63,309 bases of DNA, filler included, from Licmophora abbreviata (GCA_900291995.1; 9 parts of 9 records of this genome joined end to end with filler, not necessarily neighbours in it); one strand, 5' to 3'. Numbered from the whole stretch's first letter, positions 1-12,739 are shown. Made by a program: numbers and translations. The notes: a model not told the origin generated them from the sequence alone.

Positions 1-316
1 ACACTCCTTTGAGGATCTGCTCCATGTCTGTGCTATCACCTGCTCCCACTGCAAGAGTTCTCGCTGCCTTAACAGAGGAGCGCATCACACTGCCTTCAAG
101 AGCCACCGAGGGTGGAACGTGATCCTCTGATCTATCCCGAGTCATGCTTTCGTCTCGGCTCACAGCGGTCGCGGCAGTACTCGTGGGCGTGCCAGTGTCC
201 TTGTCCCTTGTGGAAGAAGGCGACGCAGACGGGGTATCAGTCGTACGTCGCTCTTGTTTCTCCTTGTTCTTTTTCTTCTTGGAAGTGGAGCGGTTGCGAA
301 AGAGTTCCATTTTCAT
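1..316 (-). CDS. 5' part of a hypothetical protein running off the left edge (MKMELFRNRSTSKKKKNKEK...)
   Basis: ATG at 316. The frame stays open for about 105 codons to the window edge and has a K-rich, low-complexity N-terminus. Not in the ORF track because there is no stop codon. Confidence 0.55.
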   Translation of the reverse strand, partial: MKMELFRNRSTSKKKKNKEKQERRTTDTPSASPSSTRDKDTGTPTSTAATAVSRDESMTRDRSEDHVPPSVALEGSVMRSSVKAARTLAVGAGDSTDMEQILKGV

Positions 317-1132
317 TGCGAGCGAAGCGCTGAGTCAATGGATGACACACGAAATGGAATACAATAACTTTGTTCCAAATGCTGAAGGAGCTCTCTCTTG
401 TGTTTTGGTCGGATGGGGACCAGGCAACTGAAATCAAGTTTCTCGCGCTTCAGATTCAATCCTGGCACGGAAAGAATCGTCCACTGATCAAATTGGGGTC
501 TGGTCCAAGCCAAATTCACTCAATTGGTTGCCGAGACACCCCTGAGCCCGGAACGTGGCGAATTCAAGGCTGAACTTCGAAGCGCAAGGCTAATGTGTCG
601 AAAAATCTGCAAAAGCCAGCCTGTGAATTCTTCTCTTGAGTCTGAGTCTCCCTAGAAGCCCTTCTACTCGCTGTCGATGGCAAACTATAGAAACACTTGT
701 CCTTCTGCTCTTCTGAAACGATCAGCGTGACTGCCTCTTGGATCCTGGACTGCGAACTGCGATGAGAGATATTGGTGATGTTCAAGCTTTCGCAGCTTTC
801 CTCGTCGATCGAGCTCCTCGACCACGCTTGCTCTTGCTTCAAGTGGGCATGACTCTTCTGTTACGAGCACCTACGCAGTTCTACGTGGCCATCATTGCTC
901 GGCATTCGATATATAATCAGTGATGAGGACACTTATTACTTTCAAGCACGGCTTCGGGAGGGTGTTCGCAGCTCGGAGATGGGAGTAGAGCTGGCGCGCC
1001 AAAACCGGGACTGTATCTTTTTGAGCGAATCTTTCAAACGCGGCGGCTTCTCAAAAGCAAACCTCACAATCATCGCCGATAGTTTACAACCCTATCAACA
1101 TCTTGCATCAAGTGTACTCGTAGACTACGACC

Positions 1133-2395
1133 ATGGTTCTCGAACTTTACCCCCCGATTGTTTACGAAACGGCACCGACCTCCTTCAGCGAGGACGTCGA
1201 CGCTGCGTGCAACCTCATCAACGGAGCTGTCAAAGGCTTCGGTACCGATGAGAAGGCTTTGATTGCCACTTTGGCGGATGAATCTCAAGAAATGAGGTAT
1301 CTGATTGGTCTTCGTTACAAGCAGCTCTTTGACAAGGATCTCAAACAAGTTATGAAGAGTGAAGTGGGTTCTGGGGATCTGGGAATTGCTCTCCAGCTTC
1401 TTTGCCTCCCCATGCATCAAGCAGAGGTGAGTTTCTTTCTCTATTGCGAACAATCAGAGTGTTAGGTTTACTCGTGGATTGTCGTCTCACACACATTCGT
1501 CGTCACATCAGGCCATGATGCTTGACGAAGCCATGTCTGGAATCGGTGCCAAGAAGAGCTGTATCTATCCCATCCTTTGTGGGAGGACGAACAAGGAGAT
1601 GGAGAAGCTCAAGGACACGTATTTTCAGATGTACGAGAAGGATCTTGGAGTCAAGCTTGCGTCCGAACTCCGGGGAGACTATGAACGTCTAATCTTCTGG
1701 TCCCTTCAGGTCTGTATCCTTTGAGCGAATATGTGAATATCTATTAATGTGCTGGTCCCTTTCAATTCTGACACTCTCCTTCGTCGTTTCTTGTGTTTCC
1801 GCAGGGACACGAGAAAGAGTTTGATCCAACTGTCCATACGCCGGAACAGGCTAAGGAGGACGCCGTGTCGTTCCATGAGGCAGGAAGCGGCAGATTTGGA
1901 ACGGACGAAAGGAGCCTCTTCAAGATTATCAGTGAATCACCTGCAGAACACTTGGAGAATGTCAATAGAATCTATGTTGACAAGTACGAAAGGTCCCTTC
2001 TCAGCGCTCTAGGAGACGAACTCAAGGGTGACGTCGGCAAAGGTGCTGTGTACGCCGTCGGCATGAAGCTTAAGCCTTTCGTTACGATTGCTAAACTCAT
2101 TAAGGATGGTACGTGAGCTCTTTTGATTCGGAGAATCCATGTGTCCATCGCCCTGTGCGCTGTAACCCGTTCTGACACTTTGGCACCATCTCCGCTCGCA
2201 GCAACAAGAGGCATGGGAACAAATGAAGACTTGTTGACCAACACCGTCATTCGCTACCAGAAGTTCATGAAGGAGGTAAACGATGAGCACAAAGAGATCC
2301 ATGATGGTAAATCGGTTCAGGATCGCATTAAGGACGAGTGCAAGCGAAAATATGAGAAGCTTCTCTTGGCGATCGTCGACTCGGCTGGCGCGTAA
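1133..2395 (+). CDS. Annexin, four repeats; exons 1133-1426, 1512-1709, 1805-2108, 2202-2395
   Basis: Endonexin-fold motifs KGFGTDE, SGIGAKK (degenerate), GRFGTDE and RGMGTNE. Three GT-AG introns join the ORF fragments in frame. Confidence 0.93.
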
Positions 2396-3074
2396 GGAGT
2401 AGCCGATTGTTATTTGACATCTCGTCGCGATCAATTTGAGTTTAGGGCCCTGCGCCTGTCAAAGTTGATGATGTATCTCTGCATGTATTGATATAGGAGT
2501 GTTACACGGTCTCTTCATACTGTAGCCTAAAGCCTTGTGCTTGTAACAGACGAGACGGGTACTCCTTGATGCACTACATACAAGGTGCCCAGTTTGTGCC
2601 TTGCGTACCGGTACTCTACCGCAGCACATGGTCACAAGACAACTCACCACATGCCAGTTCTCCCGGCACACTTGTACAAGTATGATAAGAGGTTTATTAG
2701 CAAGAGGTTGATCTCCATCTTGTCAGAATGAATCTTCGATCGTGCCAACTTTTCAACTTTTGAAAATTCTTCTTCGATACGTATGATCCTAAAATTTTGA
2801 GATCAATGAATTGACTACCGGACCGTAGGATATTTACTAGATCATACACTACGCGTCTGTATGCATGTAAACTGCACAAGAATGGAATTTTTGGTACAAA
2901 AGTAACGAGAGATCCTTCGTATGTACAAATCTACAACACATCAATTTTCGCGCCTCGACTTCGAATTTTGCCGGCGCTAGCAAAAAATACGAACGTTACG
3001 AATCGTTCCACATTGGGATCCAGCTTTGCTTTTTTTTGCTTTATCACAGTTGACGATCTTGACCATTCGTGACA

Positions 3075-4555
3075 ATGATGAAGAGCATCAGCCTGTTTCT
3101 TGTGGGAATCACGAGTCTGATCGGAGGCTCTCAGGCCCAAACGACTCCTGGATGTATCACCGACCTCAGTTCCATCGAACAGCTTGAAGTCCTTCGAGAC
3201 CCAAGCGTTCGAAGGGTCTACATCCTCTGTCCACGGACTACCTTCAATATGGGTCTACTAGAGGGCGATAACAACCAAGTCGTGCCAGGATCTGGTCAGC
3301 GCTTCATTCAAGCAAAGCCCAATCTCGAAATCTGGTGCGGCAGCAACGGCTCTCGCGCCAATGGCTGTGTCCTAGACGGCGGCTCCCTTACGATCGACGC
3401 CACGGATCTCTTGGGAGGAGGTGAAGATCCCGCGGCAAACATTGTTTTCAGGGGGCTTACCTTTTCTGATACTCGCGGATACTATCTTTGGGGAAATATT
3501 GCTGGAAACATTCTCTTTCAAGACTGCGAATTCAAGGTGCGTGTTTTCAGAAGTTGTGTTGGAACTCACTGACGCTTACATACTCTCTTTAAGAGAACAC
3601 CGCTTTCCTAATTCACATCGGTTCGTCTACTTGTTACTACTTTTCAGGATACTACCAAGGCTGCAGCTCCATTCTTGTTAGATTTTTTTGATTCATCGTC
3701 GCCCACAAGCTCTCTTGAGGTCACTTTCTCTGAAAGCGAGTTTGCCGTAAGTTCAAGCAGAGCGCTCGCTTTTGTCGCATGCCTCCGCCCGCCCTCTCAT
3801 TCTGAACCAATGCTTTCTCAATCCAACATACAGAACAATACATACTTTGGACCAGGATCGTACACCGCCCTCATCACCTCCACGTCTCCTCAGAACGAAC
3901 TCGTCATTGGTCAGACCAAGTTTATCGGCAACGACTACGTGTTTAACAACACCAATGTAAGTACCGCCGCCAAATGCATCGTTAGGAAGCTTTGAAGCGC
4001 AGCACTTAACAATTTGTGTATTGACTGTTTCAGTCGGAGATGAGCAGCTCCTTGGTTGACACCAGTGGACCCCTTTCCATTGAGGACTCTTGCTTCATTG
4101 ACAATGTCGTCGGAGTAGCCCCCGTAGTCGTCTACGCGGCGACATGGCAAGGCACGGAAAACTACGGAGAAAACTCTGCCGGGGGCGCGTGTCCGTTCAT
4201 TGCGGACTTCCAGAATCAGGCGCAGTTCGAGTTTTTCAATCCTTCTTGTTTCAATTTCCAGACGTTTCAAGAATGTACTGCAGACGGAACGCGGGCTCCG
4301 TCGGTGGCTCCTAGTTACACGCCGACGAGTGTGCCGAGCTCGTCACCAACCACGTCGGCTCCTACCACTACACCAAGCACGATGCCCTCGAGTGTCCCGA
4401 CGGCGGTTCCTACTACTGGAGCTCCAACGCAGACGGCAATGCCATCGCCTCCCCCCAGCCCTCCCACGGTGCCTCCCACTCCCAGTGCAGGCAACACGGT
4501 GTCCGCGATGATGTCTATTGCGGCGGTGGCACTGTCACTCCTGTGGGCGTTGTGA
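3075..4555 (+). CDS. Secreted, probably GPI-anchored cell-surface protein with a Cys-containing N-domain and a Pro/Thr/Ser stalk; exons 3075-3536, 3648-3746, 3834-3956, 4034-4555
   Basis: Signal peptide MMKSISLFLVGITSLIGGSQA; YILCPRT...WCGSNGSRANGC motif; (T/S)xxP(T/S) repeats; hydrophobic C-terminus MMSIAAVALSLLWAL. Three phase-0 GT-AG introns. Confidence 0.82.
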
Positions 4556-4669
4556 AGATAAGGAGTCTTGTCCTTTCGTTAATGGCTTGATAAGATCGAA
4601 TTAGAGTTGATCTCAATTTACTGCTCGTACATTTAAAAGTATGTGAATATGTCTGCACTTCGTTCCTAC

Positions 4670-6325
4670 CTACGAGAAGGATGCCGCTGCAAGAATGGCG
4701 GCTCCAAAGCTAGCTTCCGTGTTGTCGGCTCGGTGCACAATGACTTTCTCGTCCGCAAACGCTTCTGAGAGTTTTCGTTGTCGCATCTGACTCCACTTGA
4801 CGTTCTTCGAACCGCCTCCGCAAGTCCACACGACGCTTGGGGAACTCGGTGATGCACCAAGCTCTCCGAGAACTTGAAATCCGTCGCGTTCCACTCTACT
4901 AATGCCTTGCAGGATACCATGAAGGTAGTCGCGTCGACTATCAGGGACGGGCTCGAGCACAGCTTCTTTCTCGCTGTCTGCCCTTGGAAATCTTTCTCCC
5001 TTCGCAACCAACGGGTAGTAGTCGAGATCAATATCCTTGCTTGGATCGATGTCGTCGCTCAGCTCGACCAACTCTTCATTCGAGAAGCCTTCTTGTCGCA
5101 ACACAGCACAACCGACATTGGAGGCTCCACCAATCAGCCAAGCCTCCTTGGAAAAAAATTCGTCATCGCTACCGTCAAACGTCGGAAATCTGTGACTGTA
5201 GACCCCGCGAGATGCGTCTTCTACAAACGTGAGACTGAGCTGTTTCATGGCAAGCGTGCTTCCCAGCGACGTGACGGCCGTGCCCATTGTTGGCCGGGTA
5301 CCACCCACGGCCGCGAAGAAAGCTGCATTGGAATCCGTCGTCCCGCCGACAATCACTGTTGACTCCGATAAACCAAATTCATTTGCAGTAGCGACACTAA
5401 CAGTGCCAATAGGTTCTCCGGGAGACACAACCTTGGTCGGAAGCACGCCTGAACCGACTGGGTCCGATATGCCGGCTTCCTGCATGCATGTCAGCAACCA
5501 CTCCGGCCAATGCAGATTTCGCACATCATATCCTAGTTTCAAGCAATTGTGCCAATCACTACACACTGTCAGCTTCGGCATATTCGTATCGCAGTGCTTC
5601 TCACTGTCGCTCATGAGTTGGAGCGCAATATAGTCGGCTTGATGACACAGCACTTCGCCTTTTTTGCAACGTTCGTTCTTGATTCCACGCTAGGAGTTTC
5701 GCCAAAGACCCCGTCTTGGCACGCGCCGTGTGACGTGCAGGTGCAAACCGTTCCAAGTGATTCAGTGCTTCCACCGCATAGCTAGGGTCCTCCGCGGAAG
5801 CGACAACGTCATAATTGTACATACGGGGAGCGCGAGTAACTGGTGCCATTGGCTGTGAAGCGTCAACGACGAGGCAGCTTGCCGATGTTCCCGATACGCA
5901 AATTGACTGAACCGAGTGCAGTGATCCATCTAGTGCCTCTGACGCTTTTCGGAGCAGTGAATGCACCGCTGAGACCCAGGCTGCCGCATCGTCGTAAGCC
6001 CCATCCTGCCAGGCAATCGCATGTGAGAAGATTTCGTCGTAGCGACGAGCGCGTGAGGTATCAGAGCTTACTTGAACAACAGAAATTCTAGCCCCAGAAG
6101 TTCTGAAAAGAGAAGGAAGAGAAGAAGAGGTCAGTAGAGTAGCTAAAGAGATCCAACTTCGTTTGGACTGGAGAGACGACGATCTTACCCCAAGTCGAAG
6201 CCTACGAATCTCGGACGAGATTGGGTCGACAGAGCGACCACCCCCGAAGGTGTCATCGTCCTTACGGCCAAGCAGACCCACAACGGGGCAATGCAGAGAC
6301 GCCTTGCGCTTCCAAAGCTTCGCAT
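4670..6325 (-). CDS. FGGY-family carbohydrate kinase (D-ribulose/xylulose kinase-like); intron 6103-6188; apparent 1-nt frameshift at 5660-5665
   Basis: Splicing gives GFDLGTSGAR. Further motifs are ICVSGTSAS, GGTTDSNAAF, TSLGSTLA, GGASNVG and CGGGSKN. Removing one A from the A6 run restores LQKGEVLCHQAD. Confidence 0.9.
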
Positions 6326-6428
6326 TGTACCTGCTTGTCCTCGCCATTGACCACAGTGTGGTAACACTGGCATCACACACACGCGAGATGAGTTTTTTTT
6401 GTCCGTCGACCGGCGTTCGCTTTCTGGC

Positions 6429-6443
6429 GACTCACTCGACTCA
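6429..6443. promoter_or_regulatory. Candidate cis-element GACTCACTCGACTCA, copy 1
   Basis: The exact 15-mer recurs at 22534 and 44370, with a 13-mer at 48710. It lies between the divergent kinase and MgtE starts. Confidence 0.5.
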
Positions 6444-6738
6444 CTCACTCACCCCTTTTGCTGACCACTCACCTCTTCAGTACAAAACTACGTAGCATTT
6501 GACGTGCGGTCCAGCAGCCAAACGTCAAACTTCGCGAGTCCACCTTGAAGTGACGGACACAACACCAGGCAGAGCCGTCTGCTCTGTAAATGCTTTAGAC
6601 CTACGAATGGTCGATATTGGACACGTCCGAGGAGTTCAGATGCTCGCTTGGTAGCTACAGAGCAATCCTGATAATTCCAGGAGCTCGTTGAATTCATTTG
6701 ATCGACAAGCGAGTCAATTATCAAGTGCTGCACGAAGT

Positions 6739-9700
6739 ATGAGATCGCAGCAACAAGATTCGGAACCGACTTCGCCTCCCCAGCACGACGATGAACAACA
6801 CGGTACCAGCGCCCATGTCTGGTCGGACGCCTCTCAAGAATTGTCGGTTTCTTCCCTTCAAGAAGATCTCCCAATGTCTTCTAGCAACGAGGCTGCACAC
6901 CATCCAGATGCAGTTGCTCCGCCCATGTCTCCGTCTAGAGACGACGTGATGGGGGAAGACTTGTCCAATGGCGTCTTGCTACCGATGTCTCCGTTTGCCA
7001 TGTCCTCTGCTTCGGAAATTCCTCCTTTACCGCAACGCGAAGAGCCCACTTTAAAAGAAAAACTAGTGGAGCGCGAACGACAGGCACGCGTCGAGACGGA
7101 GCGAGCGCGACTCAAGCGACAGTTTGTCTTGAATAGCAACGGAGGAGAGGCGGCACGAGAAGACGGCAATACTATACTCGATGATGCACATACCGATGAC
7201 TTGCAGGATGCATCTGTCAAGGAGGGACATGGAAGTCTTGTAGGGACACTGGGAGAGGGTAGCAGTGTGGCAGCGGCGCCGACCGATGTCAATGGAGAGG
7301 TCGACGCCGATGATGCAGCTGCCAACGAAAAATTGGGCTACGCCATGGAACGATTCCTGTCGGAACAACCCACCGAAGCTGACATGGAGGGTCTGTCCAA
7401 CAGGAACCGATCGAGCCTAAAAAGGGTGTTGTCATGGAGCGATTCCTAGCTGAGCCGGTCGTCGTGGATCCTCCTCCGGTGCGTGCGGCTACCGAAGAAG
7501 AACATAGCGGGCACGAATCGACATATTCGCTGGACGATTCGAAGATGCCAGCGCGAGATGATGGTCATCTAGATGTTTTGCTGGAGCAAGTTGGAAATTC
7601 GCATCGTAACTTACCTGTGACGGATTCCATGGAGGTCAACGCCGACACGCTAACGCTGGATGGCTCAGACCTGCAGGCGACAATTGGCTCGATTCGTTCC
7701 TACTCGACCGTGTCGAACGACGGTGCCAGCACGGCCGACCAAACCTTGGAAGGTCTTCGCAACATGGAAGTTCTTCCTACGACAACCGAAGACGAAGTGC
7801 TCGCAATCGACGCACACACTGCTCCATCAGATACGGGGACGGAAGAACTGGCAAGTCCTGTCCCGACGGAATCTTCTCTGCCGGAGTCGACTGATCAGTC
7901 TCATTTCAACAACTCGAGACGAGTGTTCCGTCTGACGGAAGCAGAGATTCAGGAGATGGCAGCTATTGAAGAAGCTAGTATCGGTAATGCGCCTCCGTCG
8001 GAGAGAGAAGAGAGCTTTTCCGAGTCCTCGCTTGTAGGTGACATGATTCGAGAGTTCGATGCAAGTGGACATGAAGCTCTCGGTACATTCAGTGTGGGCA
8101 CACGCACTACTGCACTGGAGTCTGCATCGAGCATGGGGGGTGATGCTGCAGGGCGTTTGTCGGATTATATCCCAGAAGAGAATAGTGTTGACACGGTCGA
8201 AACTGTCTCCGCTTCCTCTCACATGAACCTGTCACCGACACCGTCACACGATGCGGCAAGCGTCACGGCAATGCCTCCTAGTGATATTGCTCATGACGAG
8301 CCTCCTCCCTCACTCATTTTAGATGACCAGCTTGGTGTGGCGCAATCGCATTCTGGGCCACATGGCGAAGGCGTGTTCTCCGGAGGCATCGCACCCGTTG
8401 GGGTTGCTCCATCCTTTGAAGACAGTATGGGGAATCTGGACGCCGAGGCTTGCGCCGCTGCCAATGCAGGAGTCGCAAACCGAACGCTCCGACCGGGACG
8501 AAGTCCGGAAAGGTTCCCATCTGTGCCACCTCAAATGAGTGATAGATCCGGACGCGCGACCTCTCTTCCAGCGAGGCTTCTCAACGACCAGATTGATGAC
8601 TTTGACTTTGACAAGCACTGGGAGGGCACACCGAAGTCCACTGGACAGGATTCTTTGAACGATTTGCCCAGTCCCATGTGGTCGCCGGCAACTGCTTCAC
8701 TTCTGTCGCCGTCGCGCAACGACGACATGCCCCCCGACTTGGAGAGTCCTGGACGCGTGCAGCTTCGAGAGCAACTCCAGTGCCCTGCACTCGACGCAGC
8801 TAATGCAGCACGTGCTCCTGAAAGCGCCCCCCATGCAAAAGCAGACTTAAAAATGCCTCAAAACTATGGAGCTACTGCGGTTGCTGCTGCAAATATTAGA
8901 TCGACGTTCCAAGAGCGAGGATTTTCGGATCGTCACATGAGCATTGAGTTTGGTGAAAAGGAGGAGGAAAGGCAACGGGATGAAACACAGCCTCTTTTCC
9001 ATCGCGGTCACGTTCATCGCGGTCACGAAGCTATGGGTGGCGACCAAATCGGTGTTCACCAGGACCTATTCAATGCCTTTGACGAGGCTAAAACAGACAG
9101 CACGGTAGATTCCCACGTCGAAGATTGCGAAAAGTACCTTACGAGCACCGTACTCGAGCGAGGTGCGTCCGCTTCCCCAAGCTTCCGGATCAGACATTCA
9201 TTCGCTCACTTAGCTCACTTTCCCTTACTCTTCCAGCTTTTCCGGAACGCATGTTCGCGCTGATTGTCACATTGATTGTCGAGATTCCCGTTGTGCTAAT
9301 GGTCTCGGGTGGCTCAGATCGCCTTTGCCAGCTTATTGGTCGTCGAAAGTATATGCTCCTCATGGGCTTCCTTCCTCTTTCTAGTGCGATATCAGGAAAT
9401 GTGGGCCTTCAAGCTAGCACATTGACAACTCGTGCAATTTCTCACTTCCATGTGACGGTGGAGTCATACCCAGCATGGCTTCAGTCTGAAGTGGCCGCTG
9501 CTGGATTCCTGGGGGCAGCAATGGGGCTTCTCATTGGCTTCTGTGGTTTCGCCGCCAGTGGCTTCGATCTCGCTTTCGGGTTTACGATCTTCATGGCTCA
9601 GTTCGTCAGTATCCTCACGGCAGGTCTTACGGGAACTCTTGCTCCGCTGATTTTTACCTTTATCTTTCGCCGAGACTCTGGCAAATGGGGTCGGTCCCCT

Positions 9701-9836
9701 CGAAACAGCAGTCCAAGATATTGTTGGCAGTTTTGCCATGGTCGTCATGTCATATCACTTGCTTCTTTTGCTCCCTCAACAAGAGGTGTCGCCAGACGAT
9801 TTTTGTGGACTCGTCGAAGCAAGCAGTGATGACTAA
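6739..9836 (+). CDS. MgtE/SLC41-type divalent cation transporter membrane domain with a ~800-aa acidic disordered N-terminus; intron 9163-9236; apparent frameshifts at about 7389-7391 and 9687-9690
   Basis: SAISGNVGLQASTLTTRAI matches the MgtE GNxGxQ...RA motif. Removing one G at 9687-9690 restores GPLETAVQDIVG, a last TM helix and TAA at 9834-9836. Confidence 0.8.
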
Positions 9837-9896
9837 ATGTCTAGAAGCCTCCTGTACATCAAATAATACCCCTGAGCTGAAGATATCTATCTGTCT

Positions 9897-11954
9897 CTAG
9901 CTAGTATCGTTCACATACACTTCCCCTCGTAACAGAACCTTCGGCACGTCGATCACTTCGTTTCCAGAGTGGGGACAAGCGTGCGGAAAGAGGAGTAGCC
10001 TTCCTCGGCGCGGTGAAACGCGGGCCAACACACGATGCTGCTCGTCGCCAGATGTTCCGCCGAGCAAGAGCGTTTCGCCGCCATTCTCACACTCAAACAA
10101 ATATAAAATGAAGGTATGAGTGCTTCGCCTTCCAGACAAATCCGTCCGACTCAAATCGACGTGTGGGGGCAGCAGCGTTCCAGGTTGGGAGTAGTGAAGA
10201 AAGCGCATGTGAGGATATACTATAAGATTCTCCCACGCTCCATCCCCACCACGCTGTATGGCGTCCGTCAACATTCGTGTCACATGGCCTTCAGCATCAC
10301 AGAAATAGCTCCGCGCAGAGCACAGTTTGGGCATGTTTTTCTTCCGTGACTCCGAAGTATCTACTGGAATTGACTTCCACAGAGCAATGAGAGAGTCGAC
10401 GATTTCAGAGGAAATGGCGTTGTCCACCAGACAAGAGCCTGCCCCAGGGTGGTCCTCTAGCGGGTCAATCAAGGAGATTGTATTTTCCATGCGAGTGTGT
10501 TGCGTTTTGTAATCGGAGTCGCTTCGTGCGGAGCAAAACGACCAACAAAGGTTCGTCTTCGATACATCAATACATGCGTCTGGCGTCATTTCCCGCAACA
10601 GCGTCACCACATCGTCACGACCATTCGCCTGGCTCACTAGCAGCGCCGTAAGACCCCCAGGAGCTTCAATCGACGCATCGGCGCCGTATTCCAGCAGCGC
10701 TTGTACCACCGTGGAATAGCCGCGCCATGCCGCAATGAAAAGTGCCGTCTGCCCGTACTCGTTGGTGAGATTGACGTCGATACCTCGAACAAGGCATCCC
10801 TTGACAAAATGATAAGTATTTCGTTCGACACTTGCAAAAAACTTGTCGCGGCGGACATCTTGCGACGAGCCGACGCATCGCGACACCGCCAGCGGCCATG
10901 ATGAGCAGAGGGCATCACGTTTCGGTGTTCTTTTCTTCCGGGGCAGCCTTTTCAGTTCATCTACGGTCATCGGGAGCTGATGATACTGCTGGAGTGATTG
11001 TTCGCGTCGCTCACTTGGACTGCAAACCGAATAGAAGGGAGACTGGTGTGTATCAGTGGTGCAACATGACGCTGCTGTACCACAGACGGCACAACGAACG
11101 ACATCTCCCTCGTGACGGTCAAGATCGATATGTTCCAATAAAACCTCCCATACACAGTTTTCGCATGTCTCATGCAGACAAGGGGCACCAAAGTTCAAGC
11201 TGGATTGCGTTTTGCAAAGTAAGCAGAAGGCTGTTGGTTCAATGAGTTCGTGTGCTTGTTGCTGTCTGTGATGGCGATGGGTCCAGTGTTGTATTCGCAT
11301 GTCGACGACTCGCTTGACCACATAGCCGGATAGTGACTTTGGAAATCGATCAAAGAATCGTCGCACTACTCTCGTCGAAACAGAGATTCGTCGCATCTCT
11401 TCTCGCGTTGGATTGTGGTCGCTCCTCTCTCCTTTTCTCCTTCCTCGCATGGTCGGATCCAGTCCACCCGACAACAAAGACGAGAGAATCGGATACTCAC
11501 CCAGCCACACGGCATATTCGAGTATGGAACAAGATTCAAGCGATTGAACGTATTTCAACAGTCGTTGCGTATAGTCTTGTCCAAAGCGAGACGTACAGAG
11601 GGTTCGAATCTTGTACTCCGACAGAATGGTCGTCGGAATGAGCTTCGACAAGACGTCGTAGTGATCGGCTAGGACACGAACAGAAAAGGCAGAGGTCCTT
11701 CCCGCTTCGAGCTGTCGCAACAAGTCTGTCAGTACTTGAATCTGAGCGGATGATAGGTCATCAGACACTAGAATAGAACGCTCTAGAGAAAGAGATGCTT
11801 CATCGTTGCATTCCAATACTTGTACAGAATTGGAACACGCGCCGCTGGTGGCCACCCGCTCTCGAATCTGAAATCGGGCCCGCATTCGTTTCTTCTCTCG
11901 AGCTTGTTTCCACAGGTCTCGACCCTTTTGGGCAGCTCCAAGAGAGGAGGGCAT
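9897..11954 (-). CDS. Ankyrin + RING-like zinc finger + ankyrin + 2OG-Fe(II) oxygenase (P4H-like) protein, 685 aa
   Basis: RING-like CLLC..CLHETCENC..CAVC. Ankyrin GQTALFIAAWRGYSTVVQALLEYGAD. Oxygenase HVD...TFILYL...GGET...LLLFPHACPHSG...K. Confidence 0.85.
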   Translation of the reverse strand: MPSSLGAAQKGRDLWKQAREKKRMRARFQIRERVATSGACSNSVQVLECNDEASLSLERSILVSDDLSSAQIQVLTDLLRQLEAGRTSAFSVRVLADHYDVLSKLIPTTILSEYKIRTLCTSRFGQDYTQRLLKYVQSLESCSILEYAVWLGEYPILSSLLSGGLDPTMRGRRKGERSDHNPTREEMRRISVSTRVVRRFFDRFPKSLSGYVVKRVVDMRIQHWTHRHHRQQQAHELIEPTAFCLLCKTQSSLNFGAPCLHETCENCVWEVLLEHIDLDRHEGDVVRCAVCGTAASCCTTDTHQSPFYSVCSPSERREQSLQQYHQLPMTVDELKRLPRKKRTPKRDALCSSWPLAVSRCVGSSQDVRRDKFFASVERNTYHFVKGCLVRGIDVNLTNEYGQTALFIAAWRGYSTVVQALLEYGADASIEAPGGLTALLVSQANGRDDVVTLLREMTPDACIDVSKTNLCWSFCSARSDSDYKTQHTRMENTISLIDPLEDHPGAGSCLVDNAISSEIVDSLIALWKSIPVDTSESRKKNMPKLCSARSYFCDAEGHVTRMLTDAIQRGGDGAWENLIVYPHMRFLHYSQPGTLLPPHVDLSRTDLSGRRSTHTFILYLFECENGGETLLLGGTSGDEQHRVLARVSPRRGRLLLFPHACPHSGNEVIDVPKVLLRGEVYVNDTS

Positions 11955-12739
11955 CGTACCGATATACCGTGCTTGAGAACACTACGATGTCCATCTATGC
12001 CGCGAGGACGCTGTTGCCGTCGTCGATTGTAACCATCATCGTCTCGTCACCTTCGCTTGGCGCGACAGTCTGTCCCTCGCTACGGTTGTCGGTGCAGACA
12101 TGTCAGTCGTGTTTGCGTTTATGTAAGAACCGCGATGCGACATTTTTCTGACTCGCTGACAGCCGCAGAATGCGAATCTGAATCGCACATTCGAACATCG
12201 TCAATCGCGAAGCGGTGCAGCTGCGATGTGACATGATGTGACATCAGAAGATTCTGATTCGAGACACCAAGTGAGAAGTGAGAAGCAAACCGCTGTCTGC
12301 AGAGCCAGACGAAAGGGGTCGACGTCAAGCTTGACCAATCTGCAATCTGATCCGACCAAGCGAGAAACCTCACAATTTCAAGATTTCACTACCTGCTAAA
12401 TTAACAGATCTTTGGGAGTGTGTCGGCAAAGGTGACAGCAGCAGCAGCAGCAGTCTGATTCTTGTGGCGTCTCTGCTAGCAGCAGTCGTCGTTCTTCTTC
12501 AGGGCATCACAAACGGTGGTGCTACTACTACCAAGGAAGGGCAAGGCGTTCGGTACTGTCGACACGGCTCGCACTCCTACCTATACTTTCCCCCCTACAC
12601 TGCACAAGGAGGGATACGCGAACGTCTCTTTCTGTCGTCACAGCCACACGGACGAGTCAGTATCATCGGATACACGTGTTGCTGCTTTCTTCGCTATCTC
12701 TTCATCTCTATCGTCGGAGGCCGGAATTTGACACGTCTA

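Noticed and set aside
5655..5670. Programmed ribosomal frameshift in the kinase at the A6 run
   Set aside because: It would need a +1 shift with no evident stimulator. Similar indels in both directions elsewhere point to sequencing error.
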